From Octopus vulgaris (lineage: Eukaryota), in NCBI GenBank assembly GCA_951406725.2, contig OX597816.1, positions 124,434,001 through 124,498,000 of the forward strand: 64,000 bases of DNA, in the 5' to 3' direction. The position numbers and the translations under genes are program-made. The notes under the pieces were generated by a model. The model saw only the letters and a list, made by a program, of their open reading frames with translations, made no database searches and was not told where the DNA came from. Of this stretch, positions 1-11,635 are shown one piece after another; position 1 is the stretch's first letter, and every line of letters starts with the position of its first letter.

Positions 1-25
1 GTTTATATATATGTATATATATATA

Positions 26-292
26 ACGACACTCTTCGGTCATGAATGACTATGGGATTGCACCTAGAAAGTTACCCTCCGAGGCACAAGTCTGGGTATG
101 GTTGTCTATGGAAGACCAGCAGTCACCCATGCATACCAGCCTCCCCTCTCCACGCAAAGGCCGATACAGCTTGGCGCCGGTGAAGTCGCAACTCATTTCT
201 ATAGCTGAGTGCATTGGATCAACGTGACATAATGTGTCTTGCTCAAGAACACAACACGCAGCCCGGTCTGGGAATCGAGCTCACAACCTTAC
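26..292 (-). mobile_element. tRNA-derived SINE copy, head partly truncated
   Basis: Reverse complement reads GTGAGCTCGATTCCC (B-box-like), then GTGTTGTGTTCTTGAGCAAGACAC, a central motif typical of V/Meta-type SINEs; flanked by (TA)n. Confidence 0.6.
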
Positions 293-485
293 GATATATA
301 TCATGCTTAAAATAAGTGCTGGGTCGATTTGCTTGACTAAATCCTTCGGGATGATGCGTATACACACACGTACGCACGCACGCACGTACGCATGCACGCA
401 CGTACGCACGCACGCACGCACTCGCGCACTCACGCACGCACTCACGCACGCACACATGCACACACGCACATACACGCACGCATAC

Positions 486-725
486 ATTCTGTTATTCTTT
501 TCTTGCGTCAGTCAGTTGACTGCGGCCATGCTGGAGCACGGCCTTAAATGGATTTTTAGTCGAAGAGATTGATTCCAGGACTTATTCTTTGTAAGCCTAG
601 TACTTATTCTATAGTCTTATTAGCCGAACCGCTAAGTCACGGGGACGTAAACACACCAGCATCGGTTGTCAAGCGATAGTGGGTGGGGGACAAACATAGG
701 CACAAAAACACACATAAATATGCAC

Positions 726-763
<38 letters not shown>

Positions 764-962
764 TTATATATATAAATAATAATAAATATTAGGGAATAAA
801 TCCAAATTTACAGGGAAAATCAGATTTAGGATTGAATCCAATTTTATAGTAAAATAATATATAATATTAATTAGAGACAAAACCACTATTTTGCAAATCA
901 AACAATGAATTGGATTAAGTCTTTCTTTGTTTGATTTGCAAAATAGTGGTTTTAATCTCTAA

Positions 963-1000
<38 letters not shown>

Positions 1001-1150
1001 GTCAAGCTTCTTTCAGTTTCCGCCTACCAAATCCACTAACAAGCCTTTGGTCGGCCCTAAGGTATAGTAAAAGACACTTGGTCAAGATGCTACGCAGTAG
1101 GACTGAACACAGAACCATGTGGTTGGGAAGCAAGCTTCTTACCACACATT
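486..1150 (-). mobile_element. tRNA-derived SINE 'family A' with internal (CA)n/(TA)n microsatellite and a nested insert
   Basis: Head at about 1001-1150 (rc GTGTGGTAAGAAGCTTGCTTCCCAACCACATGGTTC...), body and tail at 486-720 (rc ...GCTCCAGCATGGCCGCAGTCAA...). The same blocks recur at 5545-5968, 34909-35070 and 35420-35852. Confidence 0.75.
857..976. repeat. Inverted repeat, about 48-bp arms (857-905 / 927-976), inside the SINE (TA)n tract
   Basis: ATAATATTAATTAGAGACAAAACCACTATTTTGCAAATCAAACAA is mirrored by TTGTTTGATTTGCAAAATAGTGGTTTTAATCTCTAATTAATATTAT. Confidence 0.85.
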
Positions 1151-1657
1151 TAAAGATGACAGTATGGTGTTTCTTTTAATGTCAAATATTGTGTTGATGT
1201 AATCAAGCATACCTGTCTACTGAAGATATTCACACACACACATACACACACACAAACGCGCACACACATATACACTCATGCATGCGCACACACATTGCTT
1301 TTGCAATCTACATTGTTATACATTTTATTAGCCGTAGTTTGTTAGTAAAGTATTTTCTAACTAAATGATCACTCATGTGTTATATTGTTTTATTAGCTAT
1401 TGAATTTTACAATTTTGAATAGGCGTCGCGAGAAATTTCATCTTGTAAAAAGTGACCATGAGAAAAGAAAGTTTAAAAATATCTAAATAGCACGATACAC
1501 GAATTACGATGCCCACAGTGGTGAAGAAGCTGGCCAAAGTATCTCTAATGCTAGGTGAAAGCTACAACAGTCAAACTTTCGTACAGTCAACAGTAATAAC
1601 TCTGAAGTTCAAACAACTGCTGAAGGAAGAAATAAAGGCAAATCTCTTTAACATATA

Positions 1658-2917
1658 CGAGGGACGTTCAATAAGTAATGCCCCTGACCCACTTGCAGTT
1701 GTTTGATCTAGCTGAAATTTTGCATGTGCAATTATTTATATCTCTATAGAGTAAGTAGCAAATTACAGCTCTGCACTAATTGTGGTTTCTGATTTACAGG
1801 CATTTGAACTGAGTCAAGTGTGAAATGGAGCCTTTTGAGTGTCGAGCAGTGATCCGGTTTTTGTATTTGAAAGGACGCACACCACGGGAGTCTTTTGATG
1901 AAATGAAAGTAACTTATGGTGATGATGCCCCTTCATATGACCTTGTAAAACGCTGGCATCGTGAATTCAAACATAGTCGGAACTCTGTGGAAACAGCTCC
2001 CAGATCTGGACGCCCCTCTTCTGCCATTGATGAGGCATCTGTCCGTCAAGTTGAGGCTGCCATTTTGGAAGATCGACGCATAACTATTCGCCAAATAGCC
2101 CATGAGGTCAAGATTAGTACCGGGTCTGTGGAAACTATCATTCATGACCATTTGCATATGCAAAAGGTGTCTGCCAGATGGATTCCCAGATTGCTCACAC
2201 CTTTCCAGAAGCAAGAAGGCGTCGAGTGCTCGAGGATGAATTTGAAGATGTGCCAAGAAGATGAGTCAAAGTTTTTCAAAAGACTGATTACACAAGATGA
2301 AACCTGGGTCCATCACTATGATCCAGAGACCAAAGCCCAGTCAATGCAGTGGAAGCACCGTGACTCACCTCTTCTAAAGAAGGCAAGGGTGCAGCCCTCC
2401 GCTGGCAAGGTCATGCTCACAGTGTTCTGAGACCAGGACGGAGTACTGATGACAGATTTCCTGGCAAAGGGTACCACAGTTACAGGAGCCTATTATGTTT
2501 CACCTCTGAGGAAATTAAGAGAAGCTATCAAAATCAAGAGGCGGGGCAAGATCAACAAAGGCGTCCTCCTCCTGCAGGACAACGCTTCGGTCCGCAACTC
2601 GCGTGTCGCCAGATCAGAAGCACAGGCGTGCGGCTATGAACTCCTCCCCATCCCCCTACTCTCTTGACCTGCACCCTCTGATGTTCACCTCTTTTCAGCC
2701 ATGATGTTGTTTTTGAAAGGAAAGCGTTTCCCAGATGACACAGCCTTGATTTCTGGGGTCTTCTACAAAAATGGTCTCCAGAGCTGCATCAAACGATGAG
2801 AGAAATGCGTAACTCTGGGTGGTTCCTATGTAGAAAAAGACAAATAACTGTGCCAAGTTTCGTTGCTCTACTGCTATGAGAAGTGGGTCAGGGGCATTAC
2901 TTATTGAACGCCCCTCG
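1658..2917 (+). mobile_element. Full-length mariner (DD34D) transposon, irritans-like, disabled
   Basis: TIRs CGAGGGACGTTCAATAAGTAATGCCCCTGACCCACTT and AAGTGGGTCAGGGGCATTACTTATTGAACGCCCCTCG; TA duplication at 1656-1657 and 2918-2919; 1260 bp; transposase inside. Confidence 0.95.
1825..2848 (+). pseudogene. Mariner transposase pseudogene
   Basis: HTH N-terminus (RSGRP), WIPRLL, TQDETW, QDNA and a frameshifted YSPDLAPSD-like motif near 2655-2690; in-frame TGA at 2428-2430; C-terminal deletion. Confidence 0.92.
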
Positions 2918-4229
2918 TATATATATATATATATATATGCCTGCAATCATATTACTAAATTATCATCAGAAATTGAGCAGCATAAGCAGGATATAAGTTA
3001 ATAGCTAGTTTCGCAACCCGAGAAACGAACCATTATTAACATTAAAACATATAAATTATAGAAGCTGTAAAATATAACACAACTAATGCGTTAAGAAAAT
3101 ATCAAATATCAGAAACAAATAAAATAACTATCAGAAAGCACCTTGCATTATCGAGATGGAAATCTTAATTCAGAGACTACCACAGCCGAAAAAAGATGAA
3201 AGACTAATACATATATCAACACAGTTTAAAAACCAAATGTGATTAAACTAACTGTTTGTGAAAGATTCCAAAATCAATCTATCGAATCTATAACATAAGC
3301 AGCACTATCAGTGTATGGGGAGAGAGCTGAGAGTCAGTATGGGTAAGAAATGGTACATTATAACAAGCAAATGGAAAGGAGTGAAGAAGTATATCAAATG
3401 TACGGAAAAAGAGAATTTTCCCTCAGTGCTGTTTATCCCGCCCCCCTCAAAAAACAAAATAAAAAACAACCTGTCAAATACAAAAACTGCAAAACTGAAA
3501 TCATACAATAAGGTATTGAAATAAGGATCTGTTAGGTCAGAACAGGGTTTTGATCATACCACATAAAAAAGTATAGAAAACAGTTTAGAATTTTTCTAAC
3601 TGCTATAACTCTTATATATATAACTCTAAATGTTAGCTAAACTCTCCAGACTATGCAACGACCTACCAGAACACAAACACACACACACACACACACACAC
3701 ACTTCTATATTGTATTTCTCCATCTTTTCTTATAAGATTCCTATTCTTCAAACAATACTATAACGTCCGATCAAACTGCGGGAAGAATCAAGAATAGAAC
3801 TATGAAAAATAACTACTTATTAAGAGAATGTGTAAAGTACTGCTTGAACCTTCTTCTGTGACTAAACAATCATAATTCTTTGATAGAATACCACACGAGT
3901 GAGTTATCAAAGCTTTACAATTAATCAACTGCACTAACAAACGAAATCATAGAATGTCAGGTTATATTTGAAAGTGAGCGCAAACTAATCAAGTTTAACA
4001 CCATGTATGATAAAAATTGTATGCAAGAGAGTGATAGCATATGAATATCGATATTTTCCTCTCTAATCTATTACTGTAGTTGATTACAAAGCAAGAAATT
4101 ATTAATTGATTTCTTCGTCATACCTATAAACGAATATGATCTTCGAATGAAAACTAGGGAGGCGAAAATGTCACTGACAAAGCGAAAAAACCCAGGACCC
4201 CTAAAGAGAAAATCCATGAATTTATTTTT

Positions 4230-5330
4230 TGCTACTATATTCATAAACTCAGTTAATTTACATGTACTGGCTGAGACAGTATTCCATTGCATAATGTGGT
4301 TGAGAAAAGAGAAACGCTTTAGGTACACTTCATTAGGGGCTTTGGTACAATATTCCTGCATCAGTCTACCTTAGCTGTGTCAAATTCAATTGTGAATGTG
4401 CAATGATGTAGTTTTAATAGCGTTAGCAGAGAAAGGTAGAGAGAGAGCCTATGATTGTTTCCGCGATTTTGGAGGCACAGCGGGGGAAGGTTAAAGTTGT
4501 CCACTGACTGGAAAATGGATGACTTTAATGCTAAAAATTGGCTAGACACCGCTAAAGGCAGCCATGAACCGAAGACAGTGTTTAAACTTGCAGCAGATTA
4601 AGCCTAGAGATCTGGGCCACCTGATACTCTTCATACAGCTGTTGTCTATCAGTTTTTTCTCAAAAGGTTTTGGGCGGAACGAGACTTTTGCAGAGAAACT
4701 CCAAGAGGTGAAACATAATAGGAACGAACCAGAAAGCACATGGTTGAGAAGCAAATATTTTAACCACGCAGCTACGCCTGAACCTAAACTTCAATATGCT
4801 ACACAAGGATGGAAGCGTTGGCACTGTATCAAAAGTAAATGGATGAGCCTTTTAGTATCCTCCTCATGCCACTACTCAGGATAAGCATAAATATAAGATG
4901 ATGTGATAAAACAAAAGCCCATTATTCTAGAGAAACATTGTCTCCCAGTATGGAAATGATTTTGATCCATTGTAATCTTAAATGGAGCGACTATGGACAT
5001 AGAATAGATATGCACTGCCTACCATGCTAATTGTTCTTCTCTCAGCCCTGTTTTCAAACGACACTGGTGGGCCTTTGCTGTCAGTAGATGAAAAAGAAAA
5101 ACAAACAAAATACTATCTAATACAAGCATCAAATCCTGATCATGATCAACATTTGGAACATCCGTGAATGAACATGATCGTTCGCTTGTATCCTGATGTT
5201 ATATCATGAAAAATTACCTCCCACAAAAGTTATAGCAGCCGACTTACGTAGCAGTATTCAAACTACTACTACTACTACTCCTGACACATGAAGTATCCCT
5301 CACGTGTTCACTCCTTCAAATAATACTAAT
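4230..5330 (+). mobile_element. Highly decayed APE-type LINE (CR1/L2-like) fragment
   Basis: GATGACTTTAATGCTAAAAATTGG (DDFNAKNW, a GDFNA-like endonuclease motif) at about 4518; weak traces of the RT start near 5190-5330; many stops. Confidence 0.35.
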
Positions 5331-5544
5331 GTTTATAACGATATGGATAATGTCGCCCTGAATAAATTGTATTTGAAACAAAGACACAAGGTCAGAACAC
5401 TTTTGATATATACATCCACAAATATACGTGCTTAAATATGCAGAGGACAATGTATGTGCGTGTGTGTGTGTGTGTGTGTGTATGTTTAGGTATGCTTATA
5501 TGGATATATATAATACATATGTCTGTGTATATATGTATGTGTAT

Positions 5545-5968
5545 TCGTTTCACTCATTGGGAAATTCTTGAAGCGTTTAGTCGATCAAATCCACCGCTAA
5601 TATTTTTTTTCACGTCTGGACCTATTCTAATGGTTTCCTTTGTAAACTGCAAGTTTGTTTACTTTTTTGTAAACTTCAAGTTGCGGGAATGTAAACAAAC
5701 CAATCCCAACTTTTAAGTAATAAAGGACAAACATGGATATATGCACATACACGTACACACATTATATATGTACATAAATACATACTCACACAACGGGCTT
5801 CTACAGATTTCCCGTCTACCAAATTTATATTTAATCCGAAAGTACATGTCAGCCCGGAGCTACAGAAAATACAATTTCCCAAAGTTCCGCTCATTTGGCT
5901 GAATTGAACCTGAAAGCACGTTGTCGTTTAGAGAACTTCTTAATCACACAGCCATTCATACTCCTGTA
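5545..5968 (-). mobile_element. SINE family A, diverged copy
   Basis: Same blocks as 486-1150 (TTTAGTCGATCAAAT, GTAAACAAACC, CCGTCTACCAAAT, CTTCTTAATCACACAGCC) with an internal simple repeat. Confidence 0.6.
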
Positions 5969-6899
5969 ATATATATCGTTTCACTATTTATATAACCTCT
6001 GTTTTCACCCTATTGTTTGATCTGACTCCAACACACAGTTCATCTAATAAATATTATATTATTTCCCTCTAACTTTGCCACATCATCCTGTGAACTATTT
6101 TTTTTTTACAAGAAATAATGATTTCCAGCATTGGCACAAGACCAGAGCACACATTTCGAGAGAGTGGTGTAGTCTTATAAATTGACTCTAGTACTTGACT
6201 TGTAGTAATTGTATAGACACCTATGAGACAAAGTTGAATGTCTGTCATCGAAGGTGTGAACCTGGCAATCAATGGTTAAATGAAAGTGTAGAGATATTGA
6301 TTTAGTGGCGGATTCGGCAACAATGCGCTGTTTGATGAATTCCAGGCTGAATAGCAGCAGTCAGTGCATAATAGTTTAGATGTGGATGGGAAGTAACTGA
6401 CAATCATAGACTGCTGCAGCAGTCTATAACTTTAGGATATATATCAGGCTAGTTGGGTCGGCAAAGTGGGAGACATGTATGTTGATATTTCCCAACTCGT
6501 GGCTTACCACATTGTAGATCTTGAAAACACCTTGCAACAACCTGGAAGGTGGATAGATGAATTGATTTCTTTTGGCAAACGTCGTACAACAATGTAGTGT
6601 TGATCGAACTCCACATTTTGGGTATAAAGTTGACTGAAGTGTAACTAAATGTAAGTTAAAGATGTACGTGGTTGCCATAAACACATGCTTACTGAATCAG
6701 CCACAACTGTAAGAAAGAAATAGGTTTGAATCTGGATTGCAATTGTCAATGTCAAATGCTATAAATAACGTGAGATATCTGACCACGATCGACCGTCTGT
6801 CTTAATGACATTGCGCTGTGGCGGAGAATAACAAACGAGTTGAATTATACAATAGTCAAGAAATTGCTCTAATTGTGAAAAAAATTCATTCAAGAAATA

Positions 6900-7070
6900 G
6901 ATGTCAGTTTGTGTGCACTAAAATTTGGAAATGAATGCTGATGTGTTGAAGATATTGCTCCGAGTGGATCGTAGAAGTTATGTCTTCAGAACCTTCTACG
7001 ATCCACTCGGAGCAATATCTTCAACACATCAGCATTCATTTCCAAATTTTAGTGCACACAAACTGACATC
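6900..7070. repeat. Perfect 78-bp inverted repeat with 15-nt loop
   Basis: 6900-6977 is the exact reverse complement of 6993-7070 by direct reading. Confidence 0.93.
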
Positions 7071-8809
7071 CAAATTTCTCTCAGAATTTCTTATTTTTAA
7101 TAAGAATAAAACTCCTATTATAACACGGCCCCACCCTACCCGACTACACCTAGATTCTTCACTCGAAATTTGATAGATGGAAGGAATTTCTCCATCAATT
7201 CTTTATTGTTGCAATATGCTACCTCTACTTAGTCAAGCAAGACTTTCCAGAGCACCATCTCTTCCAACACCCTCTACAATCTGTCTTCTAACAACTCGAT
7301 GACTCAGTGATTTTTATCACTGTATCTCTGTCTCTCAGTAGGCAATAAAAAAACACTGGAATAGCTAAAATATGCTTCAGATATTATGTAGTTTATTTAA
7401 TTCAGTTCAGCTCAAAAATGTATTTCACTGTCATCAGACAATCTATTTCTTGAATGAATTTTTTTCACAATTAGAGCAATTTCTTGACTATTGTATAATT
7501 CAACTCGTTTGATGTAAGATGAGGAAGTACAGGTACCCAGAAATTGGTACCTGAAAATGATGAGTTGTAGCTAGAAAAGTAGTGTCCGCCGGTATGATAC
7601 TTCAATCATCCTGTACTCGATGAGTTCTTGTGAGCTGGAATATCATCGCCCTATAGTTTTGTTGTTCATGAACATGTGAAAATAGTTTTAGGATTTTCAA
7701 TTGGCTCAATGAAAATGAATTCTTCCATCATTACAAGAAAATTGCTTCTCACTCGAAAATTATCGAAAATGAACTAGTAAAGAATATTAAAATAAAAAGT
7801 TTATATCAAGCATAGCGGACAGTAATCTGTATATTTATAATACTCACACACAGATTATTAATAAGCCTGTTACAGATTTACATTTTATTTGTGGAAGGTT
7901 AACCTTATAGTCTTCGGTTTTAAAATAATTGTTTCGATCATCTAATCAATATCTGTGAAAGGATAAATATATTGGTTTTTATCATTCTTGTTTCCAGATT
8001 TGAATAAAAATCCGGTGATATTTTAAATGTATTAACGTAACGTTTATAGCTGCAGAAGTAATGTGTGATTGTAAGAAGTATGGACTTCATTAGATTCCTT
8101 TGGCTTAAGCGTTATAACACGTTTGATTAGACATTTTAACGAAACGAAAAAACTTCATAAAAGCTACTCAGCTGGTCAACATTAACTTGAAGATGCTAGA
8201 ATTTCTGTTACCGAAGTATTATTAGAAAGGCTAGAGGGTGTAAATTTCGTTTCGTCACATACAGGGAATCAATAATAGTGTATTGCCAAACAACTGTATT
8301 GTGTTTCTCACATAAAATTTGTGCAGCATAAACCATCCACCGCCACTTTCTAAATAGGAAACGTAATTAATTTCGACTTGTCACTACATTCCAATCTCCT
8401 TCTGAAGGATGTTGGGAAGGTCTTACCTAGTCATGCAATATGATGTATGGTACTTGATATTATTAAGCATGCAGCAGGTTTCTTTGCGGTTATAAATCAC
8501 AAACAAACACAATACCCAGTTAAGTATAGGTCTGAAAACCCAGTTTCCATATATACATTAGAATATCGAATATGAACATGACTTATGGACTTGCTTTGTA
8601 CAACTATGTACATAAGTGCAATACGTGTATGCTCACACACACATATGCATACATATATACGCACACATATACATAAGTATATTACATAATATCGAGGTCT
8701 CTTTCATTCTTTTGTTGTCTTACCATTACTATTATATATATATATATTGTCGTGATAAATAATAAATTCTTGTATATTTCATCTTCCGTCATTCATTTAC
8801 CATACACAG

Positions 8810-8810
8810 G

Positions 8811-8890
<80 letters not shown>

Positions 8891-8923
8891 TATATATATA
8901 CATAGATATATATACATATATAC

Positions 8924-8954
<31 letters not shown>

Positions 8955-9035
8955 AATGTATATATATATATGTATAGATATATATAGACATTTATATATA
9001 TAATATAAATATAGATATATCATATATATATATGT
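8810..9035. repeat. Interrupted (TA)n microsatellite
   Basis: Direct reading. Confidence 0.95.
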
Positions 9036-9044
9036 ATCTAACTA

Positions 9045-9909
9045 CGAGGTCTGATCAATAATTATCAGGGTTGTTGCCATAGTAACGAAGTTCAAGCACG
9101 TAGACTGAATCCGCTTGGCAAATATTGACATTCACTTCTGCTGTGCATGTGTACTGAGTTTTAACGTTGTAGTTAACTTCTGCTGTTTACACTAGTACTT
9201 GCAATGAAGGTGTGTAGCGTACCATCGTTGCATTGACCGTGAGAGAGAAAGTTGTCAAGACGATACCTACTCAGAGTCCTACGCAAAGCTGCAGAACGAG
9301 TATGGTGACGATTGTATGAGCTGCACACAAATGTACAAGTGCTTCAGACGTTTCCAAGGTGGAAGTTCTGAGACGGACGTTCTGAGAGACCCGCAACCTG
9401 CAGAACTGAGAAAAACATCGCACATGTGCCTGCAGCTGTGAGCGGGAATCGTCGAATCAGAGGATGTGCAGATTAGTTACGGTTCAGTTCAGTCCATTAT
9501 CACTGAAGATTTGGGTATGAGACGCGTGTTTGCCAAGTTTATGCCCAAACTGCTTTCAGCTGAGCAAAAGGACACTCGGTTCTTAGTTGCACAAGATATT
9601 GATTGTATCAAGAACGATGAAGTATTTTTGAAAACTTTGTGTAGGCCCCAGAGCAGGTATCGCCAATCTTTTGGCAAAATTTAATGCAGATTCTCTGCTC
9701 GTCATCCTCTGTCATGGTCAATGCAAAGATCACACGCTACACGTTTTCTTTCCAAGCACTGCTGTAAACAGCAGAAGTGAGCTAGAACGTTAAAACTTAC
9801 TGCACATGTACAACAGAGTTCATGATCAATTTGTGCCAAGTAACTTCACCCTGGGTGTTTTAGCTTTGTTACTAAGGCAACATTCCGGATACTTATTGAT
9901 CAAACCAAG
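9045..9909 (+). mobile_element. Non-autonomous mariner derivative with two inverted 5' ends
   Basis: TA|CGAGGTCTGATCAATAATTATC ... GATACTTATTGATCAAACCAAG|TA. Arms 9045-9250 and about 9700-9909 are inverted homologues. The interior encodes transposase N-terminal fragments (ISYGSVQSIITEDLGMRRVFAKFMPKLL). Confidence 0.85.
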
Positions 9910-9949
9910 TATCTATCTATATCTATATCTACACACATACAACACACAC

Positions 9950-9980
<31 letters not shown>

Positions 9981-10775
9981 TATTACTTAGTTCATTTGAC
10001 CCACATTATTAAGCCTATTTCCAAGACGACTTTCCCAGCCACACAGATATTTTCACACAGAACCATTCACTTAACAAATTAAAGATACAGAATGCTTTGG
10101 TAGAAACGTCCAAAAAATACTTCCATGTGTATTACAAATTAATTTTTCCCGCACTTGAATGCACAAACACATATCACACATAGATGAATTACATATACCT
10201 TTATACCAGCATACCTTACACATATATCCACATGTATATACATCTGATTACCTACATTAGATTATAACGGAGACTTATCTGATTGTATTCACTAGAACAG
10301 CTTCTACTCTCAGGCAAAAACCATCCAATGAAGCACTACTAAAGAAGATTGTTACGTGAGATATATATATATATATATATATATAAATGTACATACATAC
10401 ATAGATACATACATGTATATATGCATATATATATGAGTGTGTATATATATATACATCTATATATATAAACATATATAAATATACACACATACATACACAC
10501 ACACACATAAATATATATATATATATTACATATTTGTGAACGCGTGCGCGAGTGTATATGTAGTGTGTGAGTGTGTTTGCAAGTGTGTATGTATGTACGG
10601 GCTTGCGTGTTTATATGGGTGCTTGTGTATGTGTATTTATTTGTGAATAGATAGATATGTGGCCGTAAGTTTTTTATATTTGAAGATAGGTGCAAATGCA
10701 GTTTGGGAAAATTACGTGTGTGGGTGGGGTGAATATATATTTTTGATCATATGATTGATGCAAAATTAACGTAGA

Positions 10776-10776
<1 letters not shown>

Positions 10777-10864
<88 letters not shown>
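10777..10864. repeat. (TCTA)n microsatellite
   Basis: Direct reading. Confidence 0.95.
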
Positions 10865-10865
<1 letters not shown>

Positions 10866-11094
10866 TACTATGTATGATTTTTCTTTCAGTTTTATTTAAC
10901 TTCTTCTTAATAGAATTTAAGTCAGTCGCTAATAAAGCGTCAAGACTTTTTGAGTTAAGAGAGTTCCCGGTGTTTGAAAATATGTAGTTGAGTTGGTGCA
11001 TACTGTTGGCGAACTGTTGATGCATACACCCAAGTGTGTGTATCTATTCACATGAGAATATCAGATGGAAACATTTTGGAATGTCATGTCCGTA

Positions 11095-11353
11095 TGTCTG
11101 TATGTATGTATGTATGTCCGGATGTACGTATGTATGTATGTATGTATGTATGTATGTATGTATGTATGTATGTATGTATGTATGTATGTATGTATGTATG
11201 TATGTATGTATGTATGCATGCATGTCATTATTTAGTTTATTTCAAGATATCTTGCCAATAGATCCAAGGCTCCCGCATTGGAATTTCAACATCAACAACA
11301 GGGCATTTTTTAATGTATGTATGTATGTATACATGTATGTATGTATGTATGTA

Positions 11354-11408
<55 letters not shown>

Positions 11409-11554
11409 CGATTTGTATGTTTTATGTATGTATTCTTATGTATATAGTTACATATGCAGACATGCTCATATATATTTAAATGATAAACTTGTGGGAAGTT
11501 TTACAGATTTTTACAGTGATTATTGGATCTGTATTTATGTATGTATCAATCTTT

Positions 11555-11635
<81 letters not shown>
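11095..11635. repeat. Cluster of (TATG)n, (TG)n and (TCTA)n microsatellites
   Basis: Arrays at about 11095-11215, 11315-11405 and 11556-11635; they explain the MYVC/YLSI ORFs. Confidence 0.9.

Noticed and set aside
234-572. ORFs rich in HART/CVCV/YIYI/MYVC here and at many other sites (for example 8752-9023, 11034-11908, 30636-31109, 52120-52513)
   Set aside because: They are translations of microsatellites with no coding evidence.
2428-2430. Repeated TGG-to-TGA/TAG stops in TE ORFs (also 32041, 33630, 39056), suggesting targeted hypermutation
   Set aside because: Trp codons are one transition from a stop and are preferentially noticed; ordinary GC-to-AT decay explains them.
3000-3560. Possible RTE 3' end remnant
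   Set aside because: Only a vague SIES-like trace; not enough motif support.
7415-7440. Minus-strand CTGATGA-CAGT-GAAA resembling a hammerhead core
   Set aside because: No stem II and no convincing stem I.
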